64,000 nucleotides of DNA from Paecilomyces variotii. Its lineage: Eukaryota. The position numbers and the translations under genes were made by a program. The notes below the pieces were generated by a model that had not been told where the DNA came from, ran no database searches, and saw only the letters and a list, made by a program, of their open reading frames with translations. Shown piece by piece: positions 13,071 to 27,091 of the stretch; within the stretch, counting starts at the first letter, position 1, and the number at the start of each line of letters is the position of its first letter. Where the stretch lies: the NCBI GenBank assembly GCA_004022145.1, contig RCNU01000006.1. The stretch is one strand, 5' to 3'.

Positions 13071-13895
13071 TCACGCAGAGAAAGCCTTGGCGACGTGCTC
13101 GTAGAAAGACTTGCCCTGAATCTCAGCAAGCTCGATCTCGAGAGCGCTGGGCTGGCGAGAGCCGTCGGCACCCTGGATACGGTATTAGCATCGCATTGGC
13201 CTTTCTTTCATTTCACTTGCGGGATGGCAAAACTTACGGCGAAGGTACCGGCACCCCAGGGGCTACCACCGTGGATCTCGGACAAGTTGGAGAGCTGAGC
13301 GAAGGCGGTCTTGTAGCCGAGAGGGACGTAGATGAAGCCGTGGTGAGCAAGCGTGCTCATGGAGGCGAGAGCAGTGGACTCCTGACCACCACCCTGGGTA
13401 CCGGTGGAGATGAAGAGACCGGCGTACTTTCCCCAGAAACCACCGGTGGCCCAGATGCTGCCAGTCTTGTCCCAGAAGGTCTTCCACTGGGCAGGGAAGT
13501 TACCGTAACGGGTGGGGATACCGAAGAGAATGGCATCGTACTCGAGGAGGGTCTGGGGCTCAACGACGGGGTAGCTGGCCTTGCCAGGGGCGTGCATCAG
13601 GGTGAGGACATCCTGAGAAAGAGTCTCCTCGATCCTGTAGTTTCTTCGTCAGCTTCGGATATGGTGGCACGATTTTATTATGCAACGTACTGGAAGATAT
13701 CGGCCTTTCCACCAGCAGCCTCAATACCCTTCTTCTCGGCCTCAGCGAGCTTGACGATGTGACCGTAGGTCGAGTACTATAGCGAGTATGAACGTGTTAG
13801 CCAATGTGACTTTGTGAATTTGACTTTCCCCTTTGCAATCATCATTGCGGGGTCCAAGAGAAACGTACGTAGACAATAGCGATCTTGGGAGCCAT
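13071..13895 (-). CDS. PST2: WrbA-type flavodoxin-like NAD(P)H:quinone oxidoreductase (Pst2/Ycp4, Alt a 7-like)
   Basis: [70 protein letters not shown]; ends EHVAKAFSA*; three introns. Confidence 0.93.
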
Positions 13896-16800
13896 GGCGA
13901 CTGATTGATGAGGTTTAATTAAGGTAGAACACGATGGGATTCTTCTTCACAAAAAATGGCAATTGCAATAGACCCGCTGGAGAAGAAGGGGGAAAAGACA
14001 CGTCTAGGGTCAGCCTGGGAGAGCTTCCCTTTTATAAGGCCGGGGAGCTCCCCTCAGGGATGTACCAACGAGGCGCTCTGCTCGACATTCATCGCAAGCC
14101 CCATCCGGATCTCCATCTCGCGGTCCTCGGCGCCGCTTGTTTCCACGGACATTCCATTATTTGGTTGGCGTTGGGACAAGAAACAGCGCTGTTTGAGGCC
14201 AATCACCGGCGATCGTGGAGGGGCAAGCTCTATGGACGAATCTTACGGAAGACTGACAAATGATTTGGTGATGCTGAGCTAGCCATCAGGAACCTCGTCC
14301 CAGGCCCGCGGAATGCCACCGCTTCATAGCATCCTTTCCGTGGCATTATTAACTGCGACCCCGAAATTCGACATCTAATACGTGCGACCAATCCTTAGAA
14401 TACTTTGTTTTTTTGCTGAGTTATTGCTGTCTAAGACAGAGGAGGAGGGGTCGCAATAATAATCAGTCGTGATGTCACGTAAGCCGCCCACCGTACTGTA
14501 GTTAAGTATTTCTTGGCGCTACGACTGAACTGACAAAGCCCTTATTAACGCGGTCGGCCGCCATGCCCGCCCGGTCTAGAATGCGAGTACTAATCCTCTA
14601 GTAATAATGATCGTTAGCTAGTTAGAGCATATCTTGTCCCGTCTCGATTGCGTGCGAAAGCAGAGTAGCAAGACTTTTCTCTGGGAAGCTGTGTTCTTCC
14701 ATCACTGTCTCGAAGTTGCTTTTCTGCAAGCCCCCCTGCATAAGTACATACTTACCTACATAGAAGACCCATATGTTGTGCGGGAACCTATGACAACAAA
14801 TAGTGCCTTCGCCAGCCTTCGTGGAATTCCATGTACTCTATGGATACATTCACTCTACATACACCCTTTGCGCAGGAGAGGCGGTGAGGACTGCTGTTTT
14901 CTTGTCTTCGTTCTTCTCCGGATTTCTCATCCTGCAATAGAAGACCATAGATCCGGCCTCTCTCTTTTCCCCCAACGCAATGCCTGATCAGAATTTCCCG
15001 AGCTGCTGATCTGCGTGATTTTTCAAGCTCATTGTTGAGGCAGTGCGGAATTAACTGACCTGTAGACCTATCAGGTTTAGCAGAGTTGAATAGAGAACGC
15101 ATAACAAACGGGTAAGGTGGATCCAATGGAGTTAATGAAACTGATAGATTAGATAGAGTGTGACAGAGATGTCAGCGCACAAAGAACACGTGCAGGTGAC
15201 TTGTAATATCACCCTTTTTGATATCGGATAGAACATCTGGAGCGAAGCTCGCTGGCAACTAGCTCAACCAGGTATTTATCTTTGTGGGTGGAGCTAGAAA
15301 GGCGTGGGAGAAACCCGACAGGAGGTCTGCCTGTAGGCAAGCTCCAAGAGAACCTATTAAATTACTGGGATCTAGATTTTCTGTATGGTTGGGAGATGAG
15401 TATAGGGCCAACTTTCCCCTAGATCTAGAGTTAAGCAAGGAGCCTGGCCATACCGCAAAGAGCTTCCAGATATACCGATAGGATTAGACAACATGCAGAC
15501 AGAGCATTTCTGCCTCTCGAAATATCGATCTCTTCCATTACTGGCTCCGGCGCGACTTCCATCACAACCACGCGACCATTTGCGTATTCCTGCAGACGGG
15601 GGATGCTCGAGGTATCTTCTACCAGCATCGACTTGGAATATGGCGAGCTTGGCCTAGCAATTTGTCCAACAGTTCAGTTCATAGAAGTACAAATAAAACA
15701 CCTACTACTTTTATCGCTATTTCAGTATTACGGCGATGTATTAACTAGCCTACATTTTAACTACCACTAGGGTATGTGAACATAGTGTCTGCAGTGGCGA
15801 GACCTTCCGAACTTATTTTTTCGATATGAAAAGTAGAACGAAATTGATTTGTGAATTGTTCGTAATCTGTGCCTGTTAGTTCATAGATGCAGTGCTACAG
15901 CAACGACTGGACGTAAAAGCTGTCATACTAGGTAGGCTACCAGTTAAGGAATATCGTCCCAATACTTCTCTGCTGCTACCTCCTGGAACTTTCAGCCCTG
16001 TATTAAGCCTCATGTGTCTCGTATACGAAGTCAGCTGTAAACATATGATTCAGTTATGTCTTAAGGATGTACCTGAGCGGCTGTGTCCACTCGAGAACGA
16101 GCTTGTATGTACATACTATGTGCGCTAGGATTGAGATGGGCTCAGCGCGCACTCAGTCCACGAGAAACTACTTTCCCCTAACTTGACTAATTCAAAGTAT
16201 TAAACTTCCCTTTGCGTCGGTCCTTTTGCGCGCGAGGCTTTAATGATAATGATAATATATGCGATACTGTGCCTAGTGCGTACGAGCATACGCTAAAAGA
16301 GACTCTAGGGTAACTTATCCCGAGTGCAATATTGTCCTGTTTTTATTTTGCGTGCTGCATAGCAACCAGACATAGAATACTACGATAAGAAAACATCAAA
16401 CTCCAGTTAAACATGCCTTTACTATTGATTTGTGTCCTTTTAACATTCCCTTTTATGTATTCCCACCCCCATTTGCGCATATGTTTACCATAGTCTTATG
16501 AACTGAGGTTAGGCTTAGGCACGAGCCCACACTTGGGGCGGGGGCTACTATGTTATCGCGCGATCTCGGATTCTCTTTAGTCTTTTGTTGATGGCTAGTA
16601 AACCTTTGGATACGTTGCTTTTTGAACCGCCTCTGAGATCTATCCCGAGGTGCACTCAGTTGTTCTGCTGAATAACATACAGAACAGCCCTCTTAGATCT
16701 CAGTCCCGCATCACATGCCTCTAGGAGTTCCCTAACGCATTATGATAGAAGCACTACGACTAGAAAGAGAAGCAGAGGCTAATTCATAAAGCGGAAATAC

Positions 16801-17078
16801 GATATTTGACTGTCCCGCTAACTATGGCCTAAGTATTAACCTAGTGAGTCATGCCATGCATCATCGCTTATGTACAGGACATTATTTCTCCGTCTCCCCC
16901 ACTTAATGATGGTAGCAAAGAAAATTCCGGCGCTCTACTTTATCGTTGCTCTCTACGATTGACACCTTCATGCGGTGCTTGTTCCCTGGCTTTTGCTAAA
17001 CTTTCACTTTGTTATTATCCTCACCATAGAGGATCTGGATTGTCGACTCTATTCTAGCGGGTAGCAGTTCCCAGCAGC

Positions 17079-18678
17079 ATGGGAATCGTATCTCCACTAC
17101 ATACTACGCACAGTGATGCGCAACAAGTGTCTCCGACAGACGACTGGACTGGTCCTGATGATCCAGATTGCCCTTACAACTGGCCCATGTGGAAGCGCAT
17201 CTATATGACTAGCATTCCCGCATTTCTCTGCATCAATGTGTTAGTATGTCCCTTCCAATTGAAACCTAGATTCTGACTCATACTCATACAGGTCGTTCGC
17301 CTCGTCCGTCTACACGCCTGGGGCAAGCAACATATCAGAGAAGTTCGGAGTCTCCCACACAGTATCTCTGCTCGGGCTCTCTCTCTTTCTTTGGGGTCTT
17401 GGGCTTGGAGCCATCATCGCCGCACCTGTCAGCGAGTACTACGGTCGTAGAATTGTATATCTAACGACTGTTCCAATCTTTGGTCTTTTCATCCTAGGCT
17501 CAGGATTAGCACAGAACTTCGCTACTTTGGCCGTCTGTCGCTTCTTCGGCGGCTTCTTTGGGAGCGCAGTGGTTTCAGTAGGCGGCGGTACCAATGCGGA
17601 TCTCTGGCAGCCTACCATGGCAGGATTCATCTTTCCTTTCTACTTCGTGTCTCCTTTTCTTGGTCCAGCTCTTGGTGAGATAGACTATACTAGCAGTTGT
17701 ATGGGGTTTCCGTGCTGACATTCTCCAGGGCCTGTCATCGGTGGCTTTCTCAGCGAGTACAAGGACTTCCGCTGGCTTGAATGGGTAATTCTCTTCATGA
17801 TCGCCTTCAACTATTTATATTCTATTCCTCAATCCGAAACATACAAGAAAACCATCCTCAAAAAGCGCACACGTACGGAAAAATCGATCAATGCTCCATT
17901 GAAAGTCGCCCTTCCCTCAAGCGCTGTCGTGCAGCGCATCGTCCTCAAACCTTTCAAGATGCTCTTCGTCGAGTCCATCGTGCTTTTTATGACTATCTAC
18001 ATGGCGTTCAACTTCGCCGTATTTTATAGCTTCTTCGCCGCTTTTCCATATGTATTTGGCGGCCAGTATGACTTCACATCTGGTCAGCAGGGTCTTACCT
18101 TCATCCCTATTGCATTGGGCTGCATCATCGGCTTTGTCGCCGTGGTCTATATAGATCGGCGAACATACCCTCAGTTAGAGAAGAAGTATGGCATTGGAGC
18201 TGTACCTCCCGAGCACCGTCTCTATGGAGCGATGGTAGGCTCTTTCCTTAACCCAGTCAGCCTCTTCTGGTTCGGCTGGACCGCCAACGCAGGTGTGTAT
18301 TGGTTGAGTCCCGTTATAGCAGCTGTGCCATTTGCAGTTGGGAATATCATGGTATATAGCAGCGGTGCGCTGTATATCATGAACTCATATGGATCACTAC
18401 ATGGCGCCAGTGCCCTCAGTGCGAACAGTCTCCTTCGATACGCAGGCGGAGGCGCCTTCCCACTCTTCACTGTGCAGATGTTCTCCTCCCTAGGAATCGG
18501 CTGGGCGAGTAGTCTGCTGGGCTTCGTGTCCGTGGTATTGGTGCCTGTGCCCTGGGTGTTGTATAAGTATGGAAGAAGGATCAGGGCACATAGTCAGTAT
18601 ATTACTGTAGAGGAGGTTGTTGTGTTGGCAAACTCGTTAGGGGAGGTTACTGGTCAGCGAGAGGAGACGGAAGTCTAG
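17079..18678 (+). CDS. MFS drug:H+ antiporter (DHA1 family)
   Basis: WTGPDDPDCPYNWP, APVSEYYGRR, RFFGGFFGSA, SETYKKTIL, PPEHRL, ASALSANSLLRY; two introns. Confidence 0.93.
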
Positions 18679-19609
18679 GTGAGGATGGAATATCAGCTCT
18701 CATGGACTGATAGACATAACAGGACACTAAAAAGTAATTCATGGAGGCTCATTCCAATTTTGTCTGATTCTGCTTTGCTCATTGAACTGACCAGACTGAC
18801 TGGTCTTTTATGATGGCTTCATGATGCGGCGCACGGCGTTAGCCTGGCTGGCCGCGTGGGGGCGGTCCGCTGGCGAGAGCCGCGAGACATACCATAAAAC
18901 TATCGGCCCCGCGATCCGCGATCCGCGAGGAAGCTTGACGGTCATGTCAGTGCTAGATGTCCCTAGTTAGTAGGCAAATAAACAAGTCGCCCTATTGCCA
19001 ACAGTTTCTCTCCAAAGAGACATTACTGAGAGCACTGTTGGTTTTTGCGCCGGACTAGCTCATACTGATTATGCCGAGACTCCAGTATTGCGATTTCGGT
19101 CATAGCAATGTTGATAAATTAGGTAGGTCTTTATGTAACACCTCACGGAAGGAAATTGTCTAAGGCGCGACATTTGCCGGTAAGTATCTCTCTAGCGGTA
19201 TATACCCATGGTCATGATAAGCATGGGAATTTGCAATGAGTCTCAATTGGTGCATTTAGTTTACAATATCATTCGTAAGAGTACAGGAGGAATGCAAACT
19301 AGAGTATGAGATTCAGAAGGTTATATACTCTTTCATGGGTATCTCACAAATGGGACGCTATCCAGCATCCCTGGCAAATTAAAAGCAAAATTTGCAAGCT
19401 CTGTACGTAACTCCAGGTCTTCCCCGTCGTTCCCCACCGCATTGACCTAAACAGCGCCTGGAAATCTTTGATAGTATACATGTAAACAAATTCCAGAACA
19501 CGTGCAACAGCAGTACCATTTCCACGCCCCGACCATAACTGCCATTTGGAGGCGAAAAAGGAAAAGGTTGACGTGAATATGCAGGCACAAAAAGATGCCA
19601 TTCATCTTT

Positions 19610-20374
19610 TCACATTCCCCTTCCTCTGCCACGGTATCGACCGCGCATGAAGCCACCGCCTCGACCACGTTCCCTTCTCCACTCCCTCTCTCGCTCTTCT
19701 TCCCTCTCCTGCTCTTCTCGAATGATGGCTCTTTCACGCTCGAGCTCCTCCTCCGACTTCTCAACCCTCATCATCGGCTTGGGTAGATTCTCCGTCCAGC
19801 GTGGATGAGCGTCCGCACATGCCTTGCCTTCGGGGCAGAAACCCGCCAGATAAAACGGACAGAGCTTCCTCCGGATATGGCGTTTAGCGCACAGCGGACC
19901 TAACGGACAGAACCCACGATCGTAATGCTCACACGGGGGTAGCTTGGCTTCCGGCCTCACGTGCTGGTATAAACAGTCGTCCCCGTTCGGGCAATATCCA
20001 GACCGAGAAAAGGACTGGCATTCCGGCATCCGCCGTAGGTTGTACTCATGTAGATACTCGCATTTGAAACCTTTTTTGCAGAGTCCTTTGAGGAAGTGTT
20101 TGCAGACCAGTGAACCGTGTGTAGAGGACGGCGCGAGGCCTGAAGCGGTCGTCGTCGATGTGGTCACCCGTGAGGGCGTTGGGTGTCGATCTGGGCATGT
20201 TGGTCCAAGAGGGCAGTGACCTTCCTTGTAGGCTTTGCAGACAGGGACATCGCTGGCAAGGCCGAAACCGAAACTCTTGCGGAGGAAGGGGCCGAAGGAG
20301 AAGTTGAAGTCGGGATCGCGGGTCGTGTCGGTAGATATGATGCGCTCGGCAGCGCTGTGAATATCCGTTGTCAT
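19610..20374 (-). CDS. YTH1: mRNA 3'-end processing factor Yth1 (CPSF30), CCCH zinc fingers
   Basis: Intronless 254 aa with five CCCH fingers, e.g. [33 protein letters not shown] tail. Confidence 0.96.
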   Translation of the reverse strand: MTTDIHSAAERIISTDTTRDPDFNFSFGPFLRKSFGFGLASDVPVCKAYKEGHCPLGPTCPDRHPTPSRVTTSTTTASGLAPSSTHGSLVCKHFLKGLCKKGFKCEYLHEYNLRRMPECQSFSRSGYCPNGDDCLYQHVRPEAKLPPCEHYDRGFCPLGPLCAKRHIRRKLCPFYLAGFCPEGKACADAHPRWTENLPKPMMRVEKSEEELERERAIIREEQEREEEREREWRRERGRGGGFMRGRYRGRGRGM

Positions 20375-22542
20375 GGCTATGTATTGCGTGGAATTTGCTT
20401 CAGTGGAGGAAATTAAGTATAACTCTCAGCACGTAGGATTCTCTCGTGTTGGGCAGACCGTAATCTGTTTGCGCTTCAAGAGGGTGCTTCCCGGGAAAGC
20501 TCTCGAAACGAAGCCGTTAAGGTGCGAAGTTGATAGCGTCGACAGTTTTCTTTTCTTCGTAAGGTCGTCAATTATATTACAACAAAAAAGATCATCATTT
20601 GTCCCGAATAGACCTTGAAATGCAGTCAGGATTCCGTTGTGCAGGGATAGATATCTTGAAGATATTTGCTTGATCCGGCACCGATGGCGAGGCGGACTGG
20701 CTAGGTACTTCGAAGGCAAAATCAGGCGGTGAACAGCGACTCTCCGCTGGCCTAGCCAAGCTCCTATTTCGTTTTCTAACAATATTCCTAGCTTCAACGA
20801 AGTTGACGTCTAAGTGAAACACAGATAACTAATTATTGCTATAACCAGACAGGTATAAGTGTTAAATCGTCATTATTTCGTGGTCATCATCGAAGCAGCT
20901 GGAAGAATCTCGCCACCGACTGTACTCTACAAGCAAGCTGACTGATGCAGTGCTCAATTGACTAGAGCGTTCTCATTGGACTGCTGAATAGGATCTTGTT
21001 TAAACTAGCAGTGTCGCTTTATGACGACGGATTTTAACGGGTCCAGGATCTCATTGTGTGCTTGTCATGCTCTCGAGAAATCGCTATCTGCGTAGGAATG
21101 CTCCCGGGCTAATCGTATCTGGAACTGGCCCGACAGGCATCGAACACTTCCCAGTTGACTACGACCATCAACAATCTATAATCTTAGGAGATTATCGATA
21201 CCGCTCATCCAATGAATGTTGGTCAAGTCTACTTGATATCCAGGGAAGAGCCCGTTTGGGTAATGCGGGCGCTCGTATGGGGGATACAAGCCATTTCCCC
21301 AAAGTGTGGGGTGCGTGGAAGCTTACTGCCATGATTGGAGATTTCTCGATGTATGTACCTTGCAATGCTGCATATGGTGTTGCGGAGAACCTTGACCGGT
21401 TGATGCCATTTCTCACGACTTCTAGCCCATTATCACTCGAACACGCCCTGGCCTTGCGTTTCTCTCAGGCTATTATTCTGACAATTACGATTGTCAGGCC
21501 TTCCACGGTCTAAAGTTATGTCTTGCAGACACTAGCGGCTCCCCCGATGTGAGTTCGCTTCAAGAGTATAAAAAGGAGATCAATCAACAGACAATTGAGG
21601 TCGTCCGTGGATGCGTTAAAGTAGACCGCTAGACGTACTTACTCTTGCTTCTCGACCCTGACACTGCGCTGCAGCGCCTGAGGTCTAACCTTGTCTAAGA
21701 CTGTGCCGTCGATCTCGTCAGCCTCCTCGACGGGTGGTCATAGCACGTTCATAGCGCCATTGAAAATCCGCAGAATATCATTGATCGCGTTCCTAGGCGC
21801 CCACCCTAAACAAGGGACGAGTAATCGACGTGCCGCTACGACTCTAATAATATCTCGTGACCAACATCTACTGCAAAATTCCCCTGGAATAAATAATAAG
21901 ATGAGGCGGATCGACCAGCCGTAACGAATCTTCGTTGAGCCATTCCCCCCGCTTTTACTAACCCGGAGTCTTTGATTGCTCCAGAAGTAGAGGAAGCACT
22001 CGCGGTCCCGCACCACACGGAGGTTAGAGCGTTGTGATACCCCAACGGCGCTTCGTGGGAATGTAATGATAGCCTCTGTCATTGGTCGACTAATCGTTGT
22101 TGATTGTCTTTGACAAGAGAGGTTTGCAGCCGATTCACCTATGTGTGTCACCGCAATGCTATAAAGTTGATGATGGCTTTCTGCCAGTCGATCAGAAAGG
22201 AGAGCTCCTTCTTGGTCTGCATGGATCTCTAACAGTTGATAAAACCTCGCCGCATCAACTACAAAGATGGACCGTTAACCTCCAAAGCCACTCGTCCTCT
22301 GTTTCTGGGACCGAATCCAGTCTTCTGATATATAGCCAGGCCATTTGGTGTACTCTTTTCTTTGTTCTCTGGTTCTACATCAGAAGCTGTGGAAAGGCTT
22401 TACACACGTGATCGAAAAGCACCCAAGAGTGACAATAGCAATCACTCCTTCGATCGTTTCCACTTTGGGGAGTCCGCCAGGAGCAGTAATAGACATCCAA
22501 GTCAAAAAGAAAGAGCCCTGCTGCTCTTTTCCTTGTCATCAA

Positions 22543-23896
22543 ATGTTTCCGACAATGGGACCAGCTTTTTCTCTGTGCCCTCAATCGCCTGTACCGGCAG
22601 CGCAGTTGCCAAACTATCCTGCTGTATCGCAGAACCATTATGATATTCTGCCCATATTTGCAAATGCCGCCTACTATCCGAACTGGCGCGTATACAAGGA
22701 GCAGCCACCATCATCGTTGAGACTGGGATTCATCTCCCACGTTTTCTATGCTTTTGCCTGGTACCATTGAGCCCTGCAGTTAAACCATTCCCGATGGCTT
22801 TCCCGCAAATGTTAACTTTTCTGTTCTATCTCGCAGGGTCAAAGAAGACGGAACTGTTTATGTACATACATATCTCTAACAGAGATACTCCGTGTGACTT
22901 GCTGACTTGGTTTTGCAGATGAGCGATGAGTGGGCCGATTGCCAAATGCCTGTCGATGGTACAACAGGATGCCTTAGGGCATTTGTGCAATTGAAACAAC
23001 GATACTCGCAGATGAAAGTTATCCTTTCAGTTGGAGGCGGAGGTAAAGGAAGTGAGAATTTTGCTAGCGTTGCCAGCAATCCCACGGCCGTGCAAACATT
23101 CGTACGGACAGCGAGAGGATTGGTTGACGAGTTTGGTTTGGACGGAATCGATAGTATATATTTGCCCTTATCGTCTTATTTCATTTTCTACACTAAGGCC
23201 CATCTCTAACTGCAAGCTCCTTCAGTCGACTGGGAACATCCTTCCGACCCGCAACAAGGCCTCGACTACGTCTACCTTCTCTCCCAATTACGGCAAGGGC
23301 TGCCATCTCCGCGTTATCTTTTGACAACGGCGCTTCCAGCTGGAGAGTGGGCTCTTCGAAATATCAACCTTGCGGCAGCTCAGACCTATCTCGACCTGAT
23401 CAACATTATGGCCTATGACTTTTCAGGCCCCTGGACGGATCGGACAGGGCACCAATCCCAGCTCTATACCCCTTCTCGCCCTAACAGCGAATCTGCATAC
23501 ATATCATGCCACTCAGCTATGACATATGTTCTGTCCCAAGGTGTAAATCCCAGAAAGGTCCTTCTGGGTATACCAGTTTACGGACGATCATTCCTTGGGA
23601 GCAACAATGTCGGTCAATCCTATTCTGGATGTGGCGGGGAAGAAGGTACATTTGACTACCGTGACCTTCCTCGTCCTGGAGCAAAGGAGCATCATGATGA
23701 TAAAGTAGGAGCAGCATACTGCATTGGCGGAGACGGTGGTTTCGTGACTTACGACACGACGCGCACGGTGCAGCAAAAGGCCAAGTACGTCGCAAGGTCG
23801 AACCTTGGTGGTCTCTTTTACTGGCATATTGCGTCAGATGCAAGGGGATCTAGGAGTCTCATTGAGACCGGATATAATATACTACACGATATGTGA
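22543..23896 (+). CDS. GH18 chitinase (subgroup A/class V-like), no signal peptide seen
   Basis: NAAYYPNWRVY, SHVFYAFA, KVILSVGG; catalytic FGLDGID(I)DWEHP spans an intron; INIMAYDF and LGGLFYW. Start is 22543 or 22555. Confidence 0.92.
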
Positions 23897-25365
23897 TATG
23901 GCCGCTGGCAGTGGATATGGGTTCCTCGGAATTATGTCGGGATATCCTCCGTGTATTCACACATTTCTTGTCAGCAATTTACTCCAACCAAGCTTTTTTG
24001 ATGTTCGGGCATATCTTTTAAGGGGTCCAAATTAGGGAAGTAATATGTTAATGGGAAGCCAAACAGGCTTTGAATCTTTATAGGAATCAGATCATCACTG
24101 CTCTATTATATACACCTGTCCTCAGGCGGTGGAGTGCTTCCTTCGGGACTAATCTACCACGTCTGATATATAGAAGATCAGCTTGGACTACCGAGACTTT
24201 CTATGCATATACTAGCCCCAAAAGTGTATATTGCAAGGACCTATTTATGGTACTAATTGCATTGTGGGGTAAATATGATGCGGCCAATGAGACCTTGTGT
24301 GTGACACTATCATCTCACCACCCTTATGACATACTCTACATTCTAAACAGGACATTCGTTACCTAACATATGGTCATACAGATATTGGAAATATGACATC
24401 AGTACCATGTCCATGCGAGATTGATATTGGATAATCTGCATAAATCCCATTATAGACAACTCCAGCCACTCTCTTTATATAGTGGAAAAGCTCTTATTAT
24501 TTAAAAGTCTTGTTCAACTGAAAGAGCCCTGAACAGTACAACTTTAATGCATTGATCAATTCTGCTAAGTTATCTGAGTTGAATAATTAACTTCTGCGAT
24601 TCAGCTTTTTCGTGCTCAACTGATAGGAAACTGGAGGACATCACAGAACAGCATGGACCCTTAGGTAGGGTGCTCAGACCATAGACGATCCCGTAGTTAA
24701 GCTCGCCTTGCCTGAACCTCTGGTATTTTAGCACGCTCAACTCTCAATGTACAGTACTTTCCTAATTAAATCAATGTCAAGTTAGCCCCTGGATGTTATA
24801 TTGATTATTAACTCCGAATAGATAACTAGAACAAATCCCCTTCATTCTACAATGTGAGCCATATTAACTGCGTAGGATGTGCCCGTTTGTGCCCTTGGTT
24901 TTCCGCCCCCAACATCTCCATTCCCGATACCGCGGAAAGTTTGTTCGAATTTCAGCCTCGTATTCCTGCGAATAAAGTCAGATTTGTTACATCCGCCGTC
25001 AGCTCATACGCCCTATATGGGAAACTTGGTGCTAAGGCCTCTTGGCTCCTAAGCGGCCTAATGCTCTAGGGCAGAGACGGAGGCAGACGGGATTCCCGCT
25101 CCATCTCCACGGCACCAGCCTTTGAGGATTTTGTTCATTTCTGCGGTGGTAATAATCGCAAAAGCATAAGGGGATCTTCATTTCCTCAAGAGGGGCTAAA
25201 ACGCTAAAAGGTAGGTATTTGTGGAGACTTCTCTGGGAACACTTTTCATTAAAGATATTACAAAAGATCTGTCGCCTATTACTCCCACTCTTTCCAGTCT
25301 TTCGGGCCTTCTTCTCATGTTATCCCCTTCTGTGACTATATTTACAGGCAGCTAATAACATAAAT

Positions 25366-26204
25366 ATGTCACAGCAGCCTGCAATCTTTTCTTTATGGCG
25401 AAACACATTGCTTTTCTTGCTTCTCTGTTTACCTCTTAATGCTCTCTTTGTCTTCACAAACCCACCACCTTTCATCAATGGTCCTGAAAATCAATCCAAT
25501 GATCCTGCATATAACGTCGAATCTATCTTAAAAATCAGCTGGAAGGGCTCACAGTCTGCACAATCCGACAAAGTCTCAATAGACCTATGGCAAGCAGTGC
25601 CCAACTCTACGGCAGAATGGGTTTTTCGTAAGTTTCTTTAGTTTGCAATAAAAAAGAATCTGTTTTCCCGGCACTCTTCTATCTTGCTTATACGCTGTTC
25701 TTAGAAAATATCAGCGGCCGCCAGTCGTACAATTGGCACGTTAAAACTTCAAGAAATCTATCTCTCTCCGACAGATTCTTCTTCCTGATGTATGTTGATG
25801 GGAACGAGAACTACGTTGCCAGATCGCATCAGTTTATAATCAACGATAACTCGACAAATACAACTTCATCCGATGAAACCTCGTCCAGTACAAGCACCGG
25901 ACTCTCTTCTGGTGCTAAAATAGGGATAGGAGTTGGAGTAGGTGTGGGGGTTCCGGCTATAGCTGGGGTTGCCCTCCTTTTCATCCTCAGACGACGGCGG
26001 CGTGGGCAAATTAAGGCTTCCGGACAAAAATTTGAATCTACAGATGGGAAACCCGCGGTAACTGAACCTTTTGAGGCACCGGGCACCAAATCAGAGATAA
26101 CAGCCGAACTGGGAGGCGAGACGAGTGGGAAGAGACCCCTGGAACTTGCACCTAATACTGTGAACAAAACCACAGAGCCACAGGAGCTTGAGGCACCTGT
26201 CTGA
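25366..26204 (+). CDS. Single-pass type I membrane protein (signal peptide, Ser/Thr stalk, TM, cytoplasmic tail)
   Basis: Hydrophobic N-terminus; one intron at about 25629-25704; GAKIGIGVGVGVGVPAIAGVALLFILRRRRR; repeated E-L/A motifs in the tail. Confidence 0.8.
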
Positions 26205-27013
26205 ATACTACACACAGCTTAGAATGAAATATACCCGTATCGGAGCAATGACCGTGGCTGCTGGTGTTTCCGTGCTGACAATCCTATATATAGTTTTCAT
26301 CTCTATCCTGCGATAGGATAAAATGACGAGCATATGTGCAGTGCGTTGTGGAAGCATTAGTTTAATTGGCCCACTAATTCAGTTATATATTATTCCGTTA
26401 GCGTCTCCAACTAATCAGCTGTGTCTCGATGCGATGCTGCTGATTATCATGCGATCCAGATATCCCACGCTGCTAATTAGAGTCTCCTAGTGAATTTTGC
26501 ACGATACTGAGTATAAGCTATATGTAAATCCAGTGAAGATTAATTCGCTTCTGCTTTGCTAGCAGATACAGAATCAGGTGGTCTGCATACGCATTAACTA
26601 GCTCCTTGTAACTAGTACTACTTCTACTTTGCCCTATTAAATTTACTCTTTGGATGGGATGAACTCGCCCTTAGTCAAATTTGCACACTCTTACTCCACA
26701 CCATCTTCTTCAAAACTCTGTAATGTTATGATTTCCTGGATAGTAGCAATAATGTCACTTAATGCTGTCTAAAAATAGAAAAATCGCAAATCTCTCAGGG
26801 AACATCCTAAGTAGCTCTCCCACACAAAATGTGAACCTCGGCAGAATCCAAACTCACGGGATATAAACATATATTTCCACTTCAGTTCGGAGAGGTATTC
26901 CCCCGTCTAATTATTCGTCGTCGCTGGTGCCCCTTAATAAGCCAGGTCTTCTTTTCTGCCTACCCCGGTCAGATTATCCACCCGACGGTCAAACATCGAT
27001 AAAGTTATGGGCG

Positions 27014-27091
27014 TAGATGATCATGATTCCAAAGTATAGACAATCTGATACCTAGATGATCATGACTTCGAAGTATAGACAATCTGGGTAT
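27014..27091. repeat. Imperfect 39-bp tandem duplication upstream of the hydrolase gene
   Basis: tagatgatcatgattccaaagtatagacaatctgatacc followed by tagatgatcatgacttcgaagtatagacaatctgggtat. Confidence 0.9.

Noticed and set aside
12866-13762. 298-aa plus-strand ORF antisense to PST2
   Set aside because: It is the mirror of a strongly codon-biased gene and has no recognisable motifs; most likely a shadow ORF.
14780-15660. Short minus-strand ORFs that look like a decayed gene
   Set aside because: The composition is vaguely coding, but no family motif could be assigned with confidence.
27014-27091. CRISPR-like repeat
   Set aside because: Only two adjacent units with no spacers, in a eukaryotic context.
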